Source: Euglena gracilis (Eukaryota). Taken from it: a DNA stretch of 64,000 nucleotides. A program made the position numbers and the translations under genes. This document shows, one piece after another, positions 36,495 through 46,729 of the stretch (positions are counted from its first letter, which is position 1; each line of letters begins with the position of its first letter). Where the stretch lies: the NCBI GenBank assembly GCA_039621445.1, contig CP154954.1:39703816-39767815 (forward strand). Direction: 5' to 3'. The notes under the pieces were generated by a model. It was not told the DNA's origin and made no database searches. It saw only the letters and a list, made by a program, of their open reading frames with translations.

Positions 36495-36893
36495 GTCAAA
36501 GAAACAAACGCGAAAAATGATTTCTTTAACAGGTGGTAAAAATATACCACAAAAGTCCTCGAATAGTGGTACATCAGCGGGTAAATCCCACCAATGAAAA
36601 CAGACATAGGATAGTTGATGAAACCAATGCGCATTCGGATTGACGGGTATGAGGAGAGATCCTCGCGCTTCATCGCGGAGGATTTTCTCCACCACATCCG
36701 GAAGAAGTTTTGGGGGAGGGTTCAACCAAAGCACCGTATCACCCAAAAATTTAAGGAATGCGTTGGAGTGTCGCGACCAATGTCGCGAAAAGCGTGCATG
36801 CGCTTGTGATGAAAACGCATCAATTTCCAACGACAAATCGAAGGAATCAGCCAAAGCCGCGATTTTGGAGAACCATTCCTCCAAAATACGGTA
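36495..36893 (-). CDS. Dam/DIRS1-type DNA amino (N6-adenine-like) methyltransferase domain inside pol of element B
   Basis: IDAFSS..HA..RHWS..NAF....WLNPPP..LLPDVVEKI.RD...LLIP..P.AHWF..L; ordered motif pattern of the Dam family; NPPP at 36711-36722. Confidence 0.85.
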
Positions 36894-37749
36894 TTGACCA
36901 AAATTAAATGCGTTCCATACGCGTATCGCGTATGTATCGACCTGGTTTGCGGGTTGAAGAGCGGTAACGCAATTCAGGGAACCGCAAACATAGGCCAAGG
37001 GTGTGTCATCCACACTCCCAAGGGGCATTCCCAAGGAATGATGGGTTGGATGGGTGCATACCCAGTCCATAACATGCCAGATGGAGGTGGTGGAGGTGGG
37101 TGACACGGATTTCGCGGTCCCAAACAACAAGGCAATACCTCGTTGTTGTAGCACTTGATGTACGGTCGCGCATTGCGATCCGCAACCAAGTGTATGGGTA
37201 CGCGAAATCGGTATTAGTGTTGGGGTTTGGACTAAACATCCACAATCGAAATCTGGCTGGGCGGAAATTCTCCTACAGTGCACACATTGGAAGGAAGTGT
37301 CGGAGTAGTGGTCCTGGTCGCGCATGTTGGTCTGGTGGGGGTGTGTGTAAAAGTTGGAATGCGCTTTTGTAGCTGCTGGGGGGTGTACAGATGTATCTGA
37401 AAGCGATACATCTGGTGGAAAACGGGGTATTGGTGCAGCTGGGCGACTACTCGACACCGTAATTACTTCAGGCCTTTGGGCTTTCGTCTTGTAACCCAGT
37501 GGAACGAGGGGTACCGCTACTTGCTTGCCCTGCCTCGTGGGGAACGGAAGTTGGTGTGTGGATGGGCAGGGGGTGAACTCTCTCGGTACACCCGGTGTGG
37601 AAAACGTTGGTAGGTGTGGTTGGTAACGGGGTAAAAGTTTTCGAAAACTGTGTGCAAAAATTGGTGGCTGTCGTGGTTGACGCCACAGGTGATGAGGGTT
37701 TGGGGGGCAATGAAGAGAACGGTGATGTGCGCAAACCGTGGGAGTGGCA

Positions 37750-38060
37750 ATCCACTACCAGCCGGTGCTGACGTAAAAAGGGGTATCCCAGAATTACGTC
37801 AGAACCATGGATTCCGGATTCGTATCCCCAGGTATGCGGAAAATTTTGCCTTTTTGGGGGGTGTGAGTGGTGCTTGGGGATGAGGGGTAGGACTAAGTCC
37901 AAAATGCAACACAAGTCACCACCGCACATGGGGGTGTTGTCAGCCGTCGTTACTTTGATCGGCTTCTTGGCTTTCACCAAGAGGGTGGTCGGTATCAACC
38001 CGAACCCAAAAAGTAGTGCAATGCGACAACCAGTGTCAATGAGAATTTTGACTTTTGCAC
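37750..38060 (-). CDS. pol: Retropepsin aspartic protease of element B
   Basis: KILIDTGC (D at 38035-38037), VTTADN, DVILGYPFL. Confidence 0.9.
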
Positions 38061-38343
38061 AAAAATTTTTGGGTTTTGATTTCCGCTTGGACCATAAGTT
38101 CCATGGGGGGTAGGCAAAGTGAAGGGTCTGGCGAAAATACGTTTTCTTGCCAGCTTTCCCATGAACCCTTTCCTACTTTGCACAAAAATTCCGAGCGGAA
38201 AGTTGTTGTGGGGGGTGGGGGACCCGAAAATTTTCCGCGTACCGACCAGGAAGGCAGATGGGCAGGGGGGGGCAGGGTTGATCAGGTCCTACCTCCATCT
38301 GTTCATCAGCCCAGAGGTCCGTGCCCTCCGACCTCGGGCTCCC

Positions 38344-41300
38344 CTACTCCAGGTCCGAACCGGCCGAATAGCCGGCTATGGGCCTTTTAGAGGTATAAAC
38401 GGATTTCAACGTGCGCACCGCCATGCAGGCTTCGTCAAAATCGGTACCCGTGGTCTCATCCCCCTCCCTGCCCGAAGCCGGGGTGTCATCCTCCAAACAA
38501 GATACCTTGAAACCGACTTTATGGCGGTTGGAGGAGTGACCCTTGTCACCGCGATTCATACCGCGATGACGTTGGCCAGAGCGGGGAGAACGAGAACGCG
38601 GACATTTGGATGAGTGGTGACCACTCGATCCACAAAGCGAACACCGAGATTTGTGTCGCGAATATGGATAACGGGGGGATCGGTTTCCCGATTTCCCGTC
38701 AAACCGTCGTGGTGACCGGGTATCCCGTCGACCATGACCGGTGTATCGGGGTTTTCCCAATCAGGATCGCGAAGAGGATGATCTGCTTCGCGAACGCGAT
38801 CGCGATGTCTCGCGATAAGGATCACGCTTCTTGGCAGGGGCACCGGGTGACCTGCCCCGAGGGGTACCGTGTTTCCGCTCATCGCGGAACGGGATCCGGG
38901 GGCTAATACCACCGGAACGGGGACCCGATGACCGTGAATTGCCCGATTGGCGTGAAAACGCGGAGGAATCCAAACCCCGTGATGAGGTCGAGCCTCGCGG
39001 ACTCTGACCACGCTTTTGTGCTTCAGGGTTAGGACATTCCCGAGACATATGCCCCGATTTGTTGCACAAAAAGCACACTTTATCCGTGGCTTGGTCCGAA
39101 GAACGCGGGTATCGCGTTTTCGATACCGTGTTTGGTGAAGTGGGTGAAACTGGTGATTTTTGCAATGCGTTCACCGAACCAGCCGGTAATCCCGCGGTTG
39201 GGTGTACGGTATACGCGGATTGAATCTGACCAAGGAGCTGTGATAGCTTCAACTGCTTGGAAACGTAATTCCAGCGTTGGTCAAGAGTCATGGGATGACT
39301 CGCCAACTCCTCACGGTGGATATCCTTGAGGAGGCTAGGCGTGAAATGCATGAGAACAGCGTCAAACTGTTCGCGCATTTGCTTTTCACTGAGTTCATCC
39401 ACTTCAGCAGCAAGTCCTAACCATTTGGCATACCAATGGTCAATGCACTTCCACTTGCGATCGGATGGGGCGCATTGCCGATACTCGGTCTCTAGGGTAA
39501 TCCTAGCGACCAAACTTGAACTGGTGGAAACGCGATAGCGAATGACGAGTTGTCGCGCGCGCTCCTTCTCATCCCTTGGCAGGCAATCGATGAATTCCAT
39601 CTTGATCACCTCCGGGTTTGTGTCCTGGGTTTGCCCCTTCAATGCCCAGTAATACTCCCAGTCCCGTAAAAACTGTCTCAATGTGGTTGGATCACCGTCC
39701 CACTGGGGTTTCACCTTGTTCGCGATTGCGACGGTGCCTTTGAAGTCTTTCTGAGAAACCCAATGACCCTCGGTGGTATTCCGTGGAATCGGGCCCGGGT
39801 ACGCTCGAGCACCAAGCGTATCCTTTCCGGATTCTTGTCGGAATAGCGAAATTTCTGGTGAAGGTGAATCCTGGTACCGGAAATCCGTTCCCAAACCCTG
39901 TTGGTCACCCGTAATAGGGGGACACTCCGGTGTGGGGGTATGTCGCGCATGCAACATGTGACCCACTCCCGGTGTACAGGTTTGGCTCATTCCACGCACA
40001 AGCATGGAATGATGGATTTCTTGGTGGAGACTTGGCGGAATCGCCGTGTTTTCCGAAAATTCGGTTCCCTTAATGGGAAATTCATCCGAAAACTGGTTTT
40101 GGGTTTGGGCAAGGCCAATGGTGGCACAATTCGCGGAATCGCGGGTTGTGACACTCGGGACACGGGTGGTGGTGGTGCATGTGCACCTAGATTCGGGTTG
40201 TGAAAACGCGAATCTGGAACATTTGGCGCATCTTCGGCAATGCATACTGCCGAATTTCGGTGTGAAACCCGCTGTTGGTTGGACACATTGTCCAGACCCA
40301 CAGACAAGTCATGCACGCTTTGCTCCAAATGCTCAACGAGTTGCAGTTGGCCGCAAATACGGTCAACCTCATCCTCCAAAGCGCGAATACGCTTGCGGTA
40401 ACGGGAAAAGTCATCCAAGTGCGGAATCCTTTCGGAAATTCCGGTGACATCTTGGACAAGTTTCCCGTGAGACTCATCCAGTAATTGGAGTTGTCCCGTT
40501 AATGCTTTTACAGCTTTTGAGAGAATCTGCAAAGGTGGTGTCACCTCGGTTGGTGTGGTAGTGGGTACAACCGGTGCAGGGTCATCCGACAACGCGGTTG
40601 TGGTACCCACGGGCAAATTTCCGGGTTGTGGCTTATCCAAAAACGCAGAAATTCGCTCGTCCAACCTGGTAATCTCACCATGCGTGGATCGGGCATTCCG
40701 ATTCACCGATTCCTCAAGCCGTAATAGGCTGTTGCAAAAATCTTGCAAGGTTTCCTGATTGTCGGTGAGCATTTTGTCATAAAATGCCTTGAAATCATGT
40801 TTCTTGGTAATCCGTGAACTGGAATCTGCTGGCAAAGACTGCATTTCCGTTAATTTGGTAGACACCGATGCATACCGGGTCTGGAGTTCCCCAATAGCTG
40901 TCTGAATACCGCTAATGTCCGGAACTCGGTGGGAAAGTGCGGAATAGCTTTGTTGCAAACCCGCAATGGCCGAGTTAATCCCGCCAACGTCGGACTGCAA
41001 CTGCAACTGCAGGGATTCCTGCCGTTGTTCCATTTCCGCGACTTTCGCGCTCAGATTGGATAATCCAACCTGATTCGCGTCACAATAGCAGGTTTTCTGC
41101 TCAAAACGGGAAAGTCACTCCTCCAACTGCCGCACATACGTGTGGGGAGCAAAATTCTCGTTGGCTTGTGACTGGAATAGCCGAAAATTTACCGTTTCAT
41201 CGCACAACAGCATAATGCGGTGTTGCGATTCATGGAAAGTTGCGGATAGGGTGGTGAAATGGTCCATAGACACAAATCCACCAGTACTGGATGTTGCAGA

Positions 41301-42323
41301 CGAGGAATCTCGTGCATGCAACTGTTGTTGCAAATGCAACAACGCGGATGAACAGGACTCCATTTGTCCCGATAGGTGTTGTAGTGAGTCATGCAAGTGC
41401 AGAAACTTGGAGTCATTCCGCGTTTCCGCTTCATGCATGCATTCACTAATTTGCCGGAAGTTCTGCGGGAGTTGTTGGCACATTCTGTCAAAGGTTTCCC
41501 GAAAGTTTGCAAGGTCAATACCCGCACTTTCAAAATTCCTCTGGCAATATTTGCCAACTTCCTGCAAGTAATTCCAGCAGTGTTCCAGCTTGGTGAAGAC
41601 ATGTTTCTGGCTGTCCTCATCAAACTGAAGCACTTTGTTCAGTGCGGTTGCACATTCTGCAACGCATTGTTGCACATGGTTGAACTGCCTCACAAGTGGG
41701 TGATCCCCTGGAAGCCGAGCAACGATATCCTGCACATCCTCAGCAGTGAGGAGCTCACCAGTGCCCTTCCCTTAGCCATCCATGGGTTGGGATGTACCGG
41801 AGAATTCCGGTACCACTAGACGAGTCTCCACTTGCCAAGGCAGTGCCGGATAGCACCCAAGATCGGGTGGTGGTGGCAAAGCTCTGTAAGGGTTTGCCGG
41901 TGGAAGAGCGGGTGGGGGTTGAAAGAAACACGGTGATTCTAGTCCACCATCACCAGAGAAGCCCGGTGGCGGAATCACCACAGGTCTCTCTGGTGTATGC
42001 AGCTGCACCATTGCCGCAAACAGAGGCGAATACCCCCGTTGTGGCAAGGTGAGTGCGGAAGAGGCCGCATTGGCCTCTGAAGCCAATAATGTGGAGGGCT
42101 CATCGCCGACCACTGTCAATGATGACAATTGTTGCAGTCTTGACAATTGAGCCAATTTTGCCTCATCGGCGTGGGAACTGGAAGCACTTTCACATAAAAG
42201 CTTCCAAACCCCTGTTTCTTGGTCAATGTCTTGCAATGATGCCTGTAATAAGGCATAGTTGAATTGATGGCTGGGGCCTGTGCTTTGCATCTTTCTGATG
42301 GCAAAAACAACAAAAACCCACAA
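38344..42323 (-). pseudogene. gag: Very long gag (~1300 codons): coiled-coil-like N-terminus, capsid-like region, two CCHC knuckles, RS-rich spacer
   Basis: WDGDP...FLRDWEYYW; CFLCNKSGHMSREC 39034-39075; CSLCGSSGHHSSKC 38602-38643; stops at 41115 and 38761 are sense codons in element C. Confidence 0.88.
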
Positions 42324-42479
42324 AACTAAGCAGTTGTGCTGGCACCAGAGGGGCTGTAACGGGTAATACCGTACAGAGCCTTCCGGAGCCTGCTCGTCTG
42401 CTTAGACGTTGACTAGAAGCCGGGAGCTGACGCTGCGACCGTGTAATAACGGTGCAGGGGCCCTCCGCTGCCAGTCAGC

Positions 42480-42636
42480 GTAGGATCGAACCAATCTGCT
42501 ACCAAGTGTAAAACCTGGAAGCTTTTCTTTCTGTGAAGTATGTGTAGGATCGTAATCAAATCTGCTACCAACTGTAAAACCTGGTAGCTTTTCTTTCTGT
42601 GAAGTATGTGTAGGATCGTAACCAAATCTGCTACCA
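42480..42636 (-). promoter_or_regulatory. Primer-binding site TGGTAGCAGA (tRNA-iMet-like), three copies at 66-bp period
   Basis: tctgctacca at 42495-42504, 42561-42570 and 42627-42636, each preceded by gtaggatcg; last copy adjoins the 5' LTR. Confidence 0.85.
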
Positions 42637-42638
42637 AG

Positions 42639-42948
42639 TGTACGTCTGATTCCCCAATTCCCCTTTCCCAATTCCCAAAAGCCTTCGCTTTCGCCTTGGC
42701 GCACCTACTTGGGAACTGAAAATGAGAGTAACAGAAAACCCTTTTCCCACTTCCCAAGAAGCAAAGCACAGAGCATTACAGGGAGGACGGACTGGATATC
42801 CAAGTCCGGTCCGGAGAAAAGGAAGACAAACAGAATAAAGAATACCACCTGTGGAGAGAGAAGGGGCACCCATTAGGAAATCCTAATAGGATCCGCTTCC
42901 ATCCTAACTTCCTCAACGGGAAGGGGACAGAAGCGTACGCCTGGTACA
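42639..42948 (-). repeat. 5' LTR of element B
   Basis: Direct repeat of 26367-26674, about 95% identical by eye. Confidence 0.95.
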
Positions 42949-42950
42949 CA

Positions 42951-45158
42951 CCAGCAGCCATTTGCTTGCCTCGGCCGCACCAGCAGCCATTTGCTTGCTT
43001 CGGCCGCACTAGAAGCCATTTGCTTGCTTTGGCCGCGCCAGCAGCCATTTGCTTGCTTCGGCCGCACTAGCAGCCGTTTGCTTGCTTCGGCCTCACCGGC
43101 CATGTGCTTGCTTCGGCCACACCAGCGGCCATTTGCTTGCTTCAGCCGCCCCAGCAGCCATTTGCCTGCTTCGGACTGGCCACTTTCTTGCTTTGGTGTG
43201 CTTGCAACCATTTGCTTACTTCAGACCGGCCATTTGCATGCTTCGGCCGCGCCAGCAGGCATCTGCTTGCTTCGGCTGCACTAGCAGCCATTGGCTTGCT
43301 TCGGACTGGCCACTTTCTTGCTTTGGTGTGCTTGCAACCATTTGCTTACTTCAGACCGGCCATTTGCTTGCCTCGGCCACACCGGCCATTTGCTTGCTTC
43401 GGCCGCACCAGCAGCCCTTTGCTTGCTTCGGCCACCGGTGAAGCCGTTTGCTTGCTTCGGGCGCACCAGCAGCCATTTGCTTGCTTCGGCCGCACCAGCA
43501 GCCATTTGCTTGCTTCGGCCGCACTAGCAGCCATTTGCTTGCTTCGGCCACACCGGCCATTTGCTTGCTTCGGCCGCGCCAGCAGCCAGTTGCTTGCTTC
43601 GGCCGCACCAGCAGCCATTTGGTTGCTTCGGCCACACCAGCCATTTGCTTGCTTCGGCCGCACCAGCAGTCAGGTGCCTGCTTCGGCCGCACTAGCAGCC
43701 ATTTGCTTGCTTCGGCCACACCGGCCATTTGCTTGCTTCGGCCGCACCAGCAGCCATTAGCTTGCTTCGGCCGCGCCAGCAGCCATTTGCCTGCTTCGGA
43801 CTGGCCACTTTCTTGCTTTGGTGTGCTTGCAACCATTTGCTTACTTCAGACCGGCCATTTGCTTGCTTCGGCCACCTGGCCATTTGCTTGCTTCGGCCGC
43901 ACCAGCAGCCCTTTGCTTGCTTAGGCCGCGCCAGCAGCCATTTGCTTGCTTCGGCCGCGCCAGCGGCCATTTGCTTGCTTCGGCCGCACTAGCAGCCATT
44001 GGCTTGCTTCAGCCGCCCCAGCAGCCGTTTGCATGCTTCGGACTGGCCACTTTCTTGCTTTGGTGTGCTTGCAACCATTTGCTTACTTCAGACCGGCCAT
44101 TTGCTTACTTCGGCCGCGCCAGCAGGCATCTGCTTGCTTCGGCCGCACAAGCAGCCATTGGCTTGCTTCGGCCGCACCAGCAGCCATTTGCTTGCTTCGG
44201 CCACACCAGCAGTCATTTGTTTGCTTCAACCGCACTCGCAGCCAAAGCCATTAGCTCGATTCGGCCGCACCAGCATTTGCTTGCTTTGGCCACACAGGCC
44301 ATTTGCTTGCTTCGGCCGCACTAGCGGCCATTTGTTTGCTTTGGCCTCGCCCGTGGCCATTTGCTTGCTTCGGCTGTGCCAGCAGCCATTTGATTGCTTC
44401 GGCCGCACTATCGGCCATTAGCTTGCTTCGGCCGCACTAGCAGCCATTTGCTTGCTTCGACCACACCGGCCTTTTGCTTGCTCCGGCCGCTCTAGCGGAC
44501 ATATGCGCGCTTCGGCAACGCTATCAGCCATCTGCTTGCTTCGGCCGCGCCAGCAGCCATTTGCTTGCTTTGGTGTGCTTGCGACCATTTACTTGCTTCA
44601 CACAGGCCATTTGCTTGCTTCGGCCGCCGTATCAGCCATTTGCTTGCTTCGACCACACCGGCAATTTGCTTGCTCCGGCCGCACCGGCAGCCATTTGCTT
44701 GCTTCGGCCGCACTATCAGCCATTGGCTTGCTTCGGCCGCAGTAGCAGCCATTTGCTTGCTTCGGCCGCAGTAGCAGCCATTTGCTTGCTTCGGCCACAC
44801 TTACAGCCATTTGCTTGCTTCAGCAACACCAGAAGCTACTAGCTTTCTTCGGCAACACCGGCCATTTGCTAGCTTCGGCCGCCTAGCAGCCATTTCCTTG
44901 CTTCGGCCACACTAGCAGCCATTTGCTTGCTTCGTCCACACCCGTCATTAGCTTGGTTCGGCCGCACCAGCAGCCATTTGCTTGCTTTGGACCGACAATT
45001 TGCTTGCAGCCATTTGCTTGCTTCCATCACACCGGCAACCATTTGCTTGCTCCGGACCGGACATTTGCTTGCTTTGGTGCGCTTGCAGCCATTTGCTTGC
45101 TTCGGCTAAACTAGCAACCATTTGCTTGCTTCGGCCACACGGCCATTTGCTTGCTTCG
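42951..45158 (+). repeat. 29-bp minisatellite, right part, with higher-order variant blocks
   Basis: Same unit and orientation as 25626-26364; block cggactggccactttcttgctttggtgtgcttgcaacc recurs four times. Confidence 0.97.
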
Positions 45159-46729
45159 GTCGTTGCGTCATTGCGGGAAAAAAAAACATCAAGCCGGACT
45201 AAAACTTCGGGAAATGCCAATTGAACGTCAATGACAAACTTTGGGGAAAACAAACAACAAAAAACCAAAAATGTGGCAAAACCACCACCAAAGGGGACGC
45301 CAGGCAGACTGCTGCGGCAACGCTGGCCACCTTCCCCGCTGCCCCACGGCAGAACGGGAAGGTCTGGTGGGCGGGGGTCGCCCCCCCCAACCAATTTTGG
45401 GAAAACGGAAATTTTGGCCGGGGAAAACTGTTGAAATGCATGCTTTTTAGGTGAAGACAACAATTTTTCACAAAAATACTGGAAAAACATGGTTCAGAAA
45501 CTGGTACTTTTTGGAAAGGGGTTGAAAGAAACGAAAGACAAAAAAAAGTGAAGAAAAGCTTGGCACAATCAAATTTCACTGAGATTTATTCTCTTGAAAA
45601 AAATTTGGGATCCAGATATTGGTGCTCCTTGAAGTACAAGAAGGCGGCGGGGGGGGGGAGGAACCATCCACCGACCACCCTGGCTGTTTTGGCCGATTCC
45701 GGTTCTGCCCTACGCCGCCCTGCCGGCCCCCCGCGTCGATGCGGTGGCGGCGGCGGTGGAAGGGGGGGGAGGGTGTGGGCCGCCGGCGACGCGGGGACGT
45801 CCTCGCCCTGCACACCACCAAAGGAGGTGAGTGACGGGGGGCACTGGTTCTCTGGGACGCAATGGCAAAAATGCCCTCCCGCCCGCCTGGTGCGAAACGC
45901 AAAATTACTGAACATATGTTTCTTTTTGCCCCAGAAACAGCGGGCAAATTGTGGGACGGGGATTGCCTCAATGCCAAGAACTTGGGGGGGAGTGCCAAAA
46001 TGTTGGACCAGCTGACCCCCCCAAACCCCATTATCACAGGGTTCAACGGGCCACAATAATGAAATCTTGGTAATTTTTTCTGTGTTAATCAGGGTGGGGG
46101 CGTGATGGTCGTGGCCAGATTGCCCCAATGCCAAGAACTGGGGGGTGCCAAAAAAAAACGCGACCAGCCCCCGGGACCAGGTCGGCTGGGTTCCCCACCA
46201 CCAAAAACGCCATTTTTGCCGGAACCGTTTGAACAAATGCCCCAAAGGCAATTGGGGGGGGGAGGTCAATTGGTGGCAAACAGAAAAATGGCAATCGGTG
46301 AACTGGATGAAATACTGGATCATTTTCAAGTGTGAGATTGAGGCAAATTTTCCAGGAAATGAACAGAAAAGATGTGGGTATTGGAAATTCGATCGAAGGG
46401 TGCAGAGGGGGTTGAGGTGTGCTCTTGCCCAAGGATGAGAGGTTAGCGAACATCCTCCACAGGGTTTTCCTTTTCCAGTTATCCCTCAGGGGGAACGGCA
46501 TCAAAAGCTTCATGACACATTTCACAAGATTTTGGTTCCCGACCAGGCTTTTGCTTAAGGACCCCCCGGGGGGGGTACCGGCTAGCCAATCGGCTAGACA
46601 CTGGAAAAAGTGGACTAGCTAGACCCGCTCCCCCCGAGGGGGGGGGGTCCGGGGGTCCCCCGGACTGGAAAAATGAGGTTTTTAACAGGTTTTTGGCTGA
46701 CTTTGTTCCACAAATTCCCATTCAAAAAA

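Larger units (their letters stand above)
26367..42948 (-). mobile_element. Element B: full-length 16.6-kb Ty3/Gypsy chromovirus-like LTR retrotransposon with Dam-like methyltransferase domain and large 3' accessory ORF
   Basis: Two ~310-bp LTRs (TGTAC...GTACA), PBS, PPT, gag with two CCHC knuckles, PR, MTase, RT, RNase H, IN, chromodomain. Confidence 0.95.

Noticed and set aside
42480-42636. tRNA genes
   Set aside because: Only the 3' ~25 nt resemble a tRNA and there is no D or anticodon arm; interpreted as PBS
26367-42948. DIRS1 element (because of the MTase domain)
   Set aside because: It has an aspartic protease, DDE integrase, chromodomain, direct LTRs, PBS and PPT, and no tyrosine recombinase was seen
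42951-45158. CRISPR array (conserved ~20-bp core with variable linkers)
   Set aside because: Linkers are only 6-9 nt and recur, repeats are degenerate, there are no cas genes, and the context is eukaryotic; it is a minisatellite
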